From Idiomarina loihiensis L2TR (lineage in GTDB: Bacteria > Pseudomonadota > Gammaproteobacteria > Enterobacterales > Alteromonadaceae): a stretch of DNA of 32,000 nucleotides. The DNA is taken from positions 450,001 to 482,000 of the forward strand of contig NC_006512.1 in NCBI RefSeq assembly GCF_000008465.1. The letters run 5' to 3'. A model generated the notes under the pieces. The model was not told the DNA's origin and made no database searches. It worked only from the letters and a program-made list of their open reading frames with translations. Position numbers and translations under genes: made by a program. Numbering within the stretch: position 1 is the stretch's first letter; the number at the start of each line of letters is the position of its first letter. This document shows positions 30,742 to 32,000 of the stretch, piece after piece.

Positions 30742-31095
30742 ATGAAAACATTAACGGTTGTCTGGATATTGGTTACAGCACTGCTGGTGGGGAGTTTCTC
30801 CTCACCAGCAGTGCATGCTATGCCGATGTCAGACACCGTTAGTGCTTCGTCATCTCAGGATATGTCACAGCATGACTGTTGTGATGAGTCCGATATATCA
30901 ATGGAGCAATCGAACTGCGACAGTGAAAGCTCCTTTTGCCAGCAGTGTGAACAACATTGTGCGGGTCAACTGGCGCTGTTGAACCCATTCAAACAACTTT
31001 CGCCAGCAGCATCCACGCACGCTGCCCATCCCCTTTATTCAAACCTTCCGGTTATTACTGAAACGCTGATACGTCCGCCGAAATACGCAGTTTAA
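30742..31095 (+). CDS. Small secreted Cys-rich protein, CopL-like putative metal-binding/regulatory protein
   Basis: 117 aa with a signal peptide ending AVHA/MPMSD. The acidic Cys-rich core is [32 protein letters not shown], with a C-terminal LIRPP. From memory, the layout resembles the Xanthomonas CopL family (signal peptide, DCCE...C-x-C, ...LIRPP). It lies directly upstream of a CusB-type adaptor gene. Confidence 0.55.
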   Translation: MKTLTVVWILVTALLVGSFSSPAVHAMPMSDTVSASSSQDMSQHDCCDESDISMEQSNCDSESSFCQQCEQHCAGQLALLNPFKQLSPAASTHAAHPLYSNLPVITETLIRPPKYAV

Positions 31096-31138
31096 GCCCA
31101 GTTTTTACGTCTTAAACCTTTGTTTTCGAGGAAATACC

Positions 31139-32000
31139 ATGCGTTATTGGATAGCGATATTACTCCTGATCCCACTTCTATCTGTGGCTCAGGAACACAA
31201 CCACAATCATTCAGAAGATCAAAACCCGTTTGAGCAGAGCTCCGAGTACGTGTGCCCTATGCACAGTCAGGTGGTTCGGAACGAGCCGGGAACCTGCCCA
31301 ATTTGTGGGATGGATTTAGTCGAGAAAGAGCCTAAACAGGACCTTTCTGAGCATGAAGGAGAAAAAAGCTTCACCGTGCCGGAGTCCAGTCAGCAGGCTA
31401 TTCGGGTAACTACCGCAAAAGCGGTTCGCAAAGACCTGCAACCGCAGCTTATGGCACAGGCTCAGGTACGCTGGCAGGAGTCCGCTCAGCGGCATATCCA
31501 CAGCCGCGCCGAAGGCTGGGTAGAAGAATTACATGCTGACGTTGAAGGACAGTGGGTAGAGAAGGGTGACAAACTCTACAGCCTGTATGCACCAGACTTA
31601 GTTGTGGCTCAGGACGACTACCTGCAGTTACTTGATTCACTCTCAGATATCCGTAACGGTAACAGTCAGCAAAGTTTTAAACGCCGCGGCCAGCAGCGTC
31701 TGCGTTTGCTCGGTATGAGCGAAGCGCAGATTAAAGCTCTGGAACAAGGTGGCGAAACCGAATATGTGGTCGATTACTACGCACCTGAGTCGGGCTATAT
31801 TACCAGTCTGGATATTCAGGAAGGCATGTACGTGTCTCCGGGGCTTAAGTTGCTGACGCTGACGCAGGATAATCAACTGTGGTTCTTTGCCGATGTTCCG
31901 GCGCATTACAGCAAACAGTTAAAAATCGGGCAAATGGCCCATATTTCTTCTGAGCACTTCCCTGGCGGCCACTGGATGAACGCCATTGACTATATTTATC
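31139..32000 (+). CDS. Efflux RND transporter periplasmic adaptor subunit, CusB/SilB-like with N-terminal heavy-metal-binding domain (3' end outside window)
   Basis: This ORF is not in the track because it has no stop within the window. ATG at 31139 follows a GAGGA Shine-Dalgarno. It has a signal peptide [18 protein letters not shown], then EHNHNH and [24 protein letters not shown] (a metal-binding zinc-ribbon-like motif common at CusB-family N-termini). Membrane-fusion-protein barrel-sandwich/hairpin motifs follow ([31 protein letters not shown]). Confidence 0.85.
   Translation, partial: MRYWIAILLLIPLLSVAQEHNHNHSEDQNPFEQSSEYVCPMHSQVVRNEPGTCPICGMDLVEKEPKQDLSEHEGEKSFTVPESSQQAIRVTTAKAVRKDLQPQLMAQAQVRWQESAQRHIHSRAEGWVEELHADVEGQWVEKGDKLYSLYAPDLVVAQDDYLQLLDSLSDIRNGNSQQSFKRRGQQRLRLLGMSEAQIKALEQGGETEYVVDYYAPESGYITSLDIQEGMYVSPGLKLLTLTQDNQLWFFADVPAHYSKQLKIGQMAHISSEHFPGGHWMNAIDYIY

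Noticed and set aside
31316-31906. Three short minus-strand ORFs (61-87 aa) near the window end
   Set aside because: They lie antisense within the open CusB-like reading frame, which has clear adaptor-protein motifs. They are shadow ORFs.

Overview
About 90% of this window is conserved gammaproteobacterial core genome in well-known synteny, and I see no convincing novel multi-gene system. There is no CRISPR array, tRNA or rRNA, transposase or integrase, and no phage, toxin-antitoxin or defence-like cassette. Every long ORF has a recognisable housekeeping identity.

Gene order:
- Plus strand: the distal dcw division/cell-wall cluster (murD 3' end, ftsW, murG, murC, ddl, ftsQ, ftsA, ftsZ, lpxC).
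- Minus strand: a DUF721/DciA-like gene.
- Plus strand: an M23 peptidase, secA and mutT.
- Minus strand, one co-directional block: pilin, pilB/hofB-like, pilC, pilD, coaE, zapD, yacG, with nadC upstream.
- Plus strand: ampD-ampE and pdhR-aceE-aceF-lpdA, ending in a strong intrinsic terminator.
- After about 28.5 kb the conserved synteny ends. An M13 (PepO/neprilysin-type) lipoprotein metallopeptidase, a small secreted Cys-rich CopL-like protein and the 5' part of a CusB-type metal-efflux adaptor follow.

The gene order resembles E. coli (ppdD-hofBC, nadC, ampDE, pdhR-aceEF-lpd) but differs in three ways: DciA plus an M23 peptidase occupy the place of secM, guaC is absent, and pilD is present. 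This points to a non-enteric, probably marine Alteromonadales/Vibrionales-like gammaproteobacterium; that lineage call is inference and low confidence.

The items worth a second look are modest:
- a PilB/HofB-family ATPase whose tetracysteine zinc segment is missing;
- a pilin with an unusually long leader, translationally coupled to that ATPase;
- AceF with two lipoyl domains joined by extremely acidic/lysine/serine-rich linkers instead of Ala/Pro linkers;
- an lpxC terminator embedded in the convergent dciA coding sequence;
- a terminator-like hairpin 30 nt upstream of secA;
- a clear PdhR operator;
- the CopL-like/CusB-like metal module abutting the M13 peptidase.
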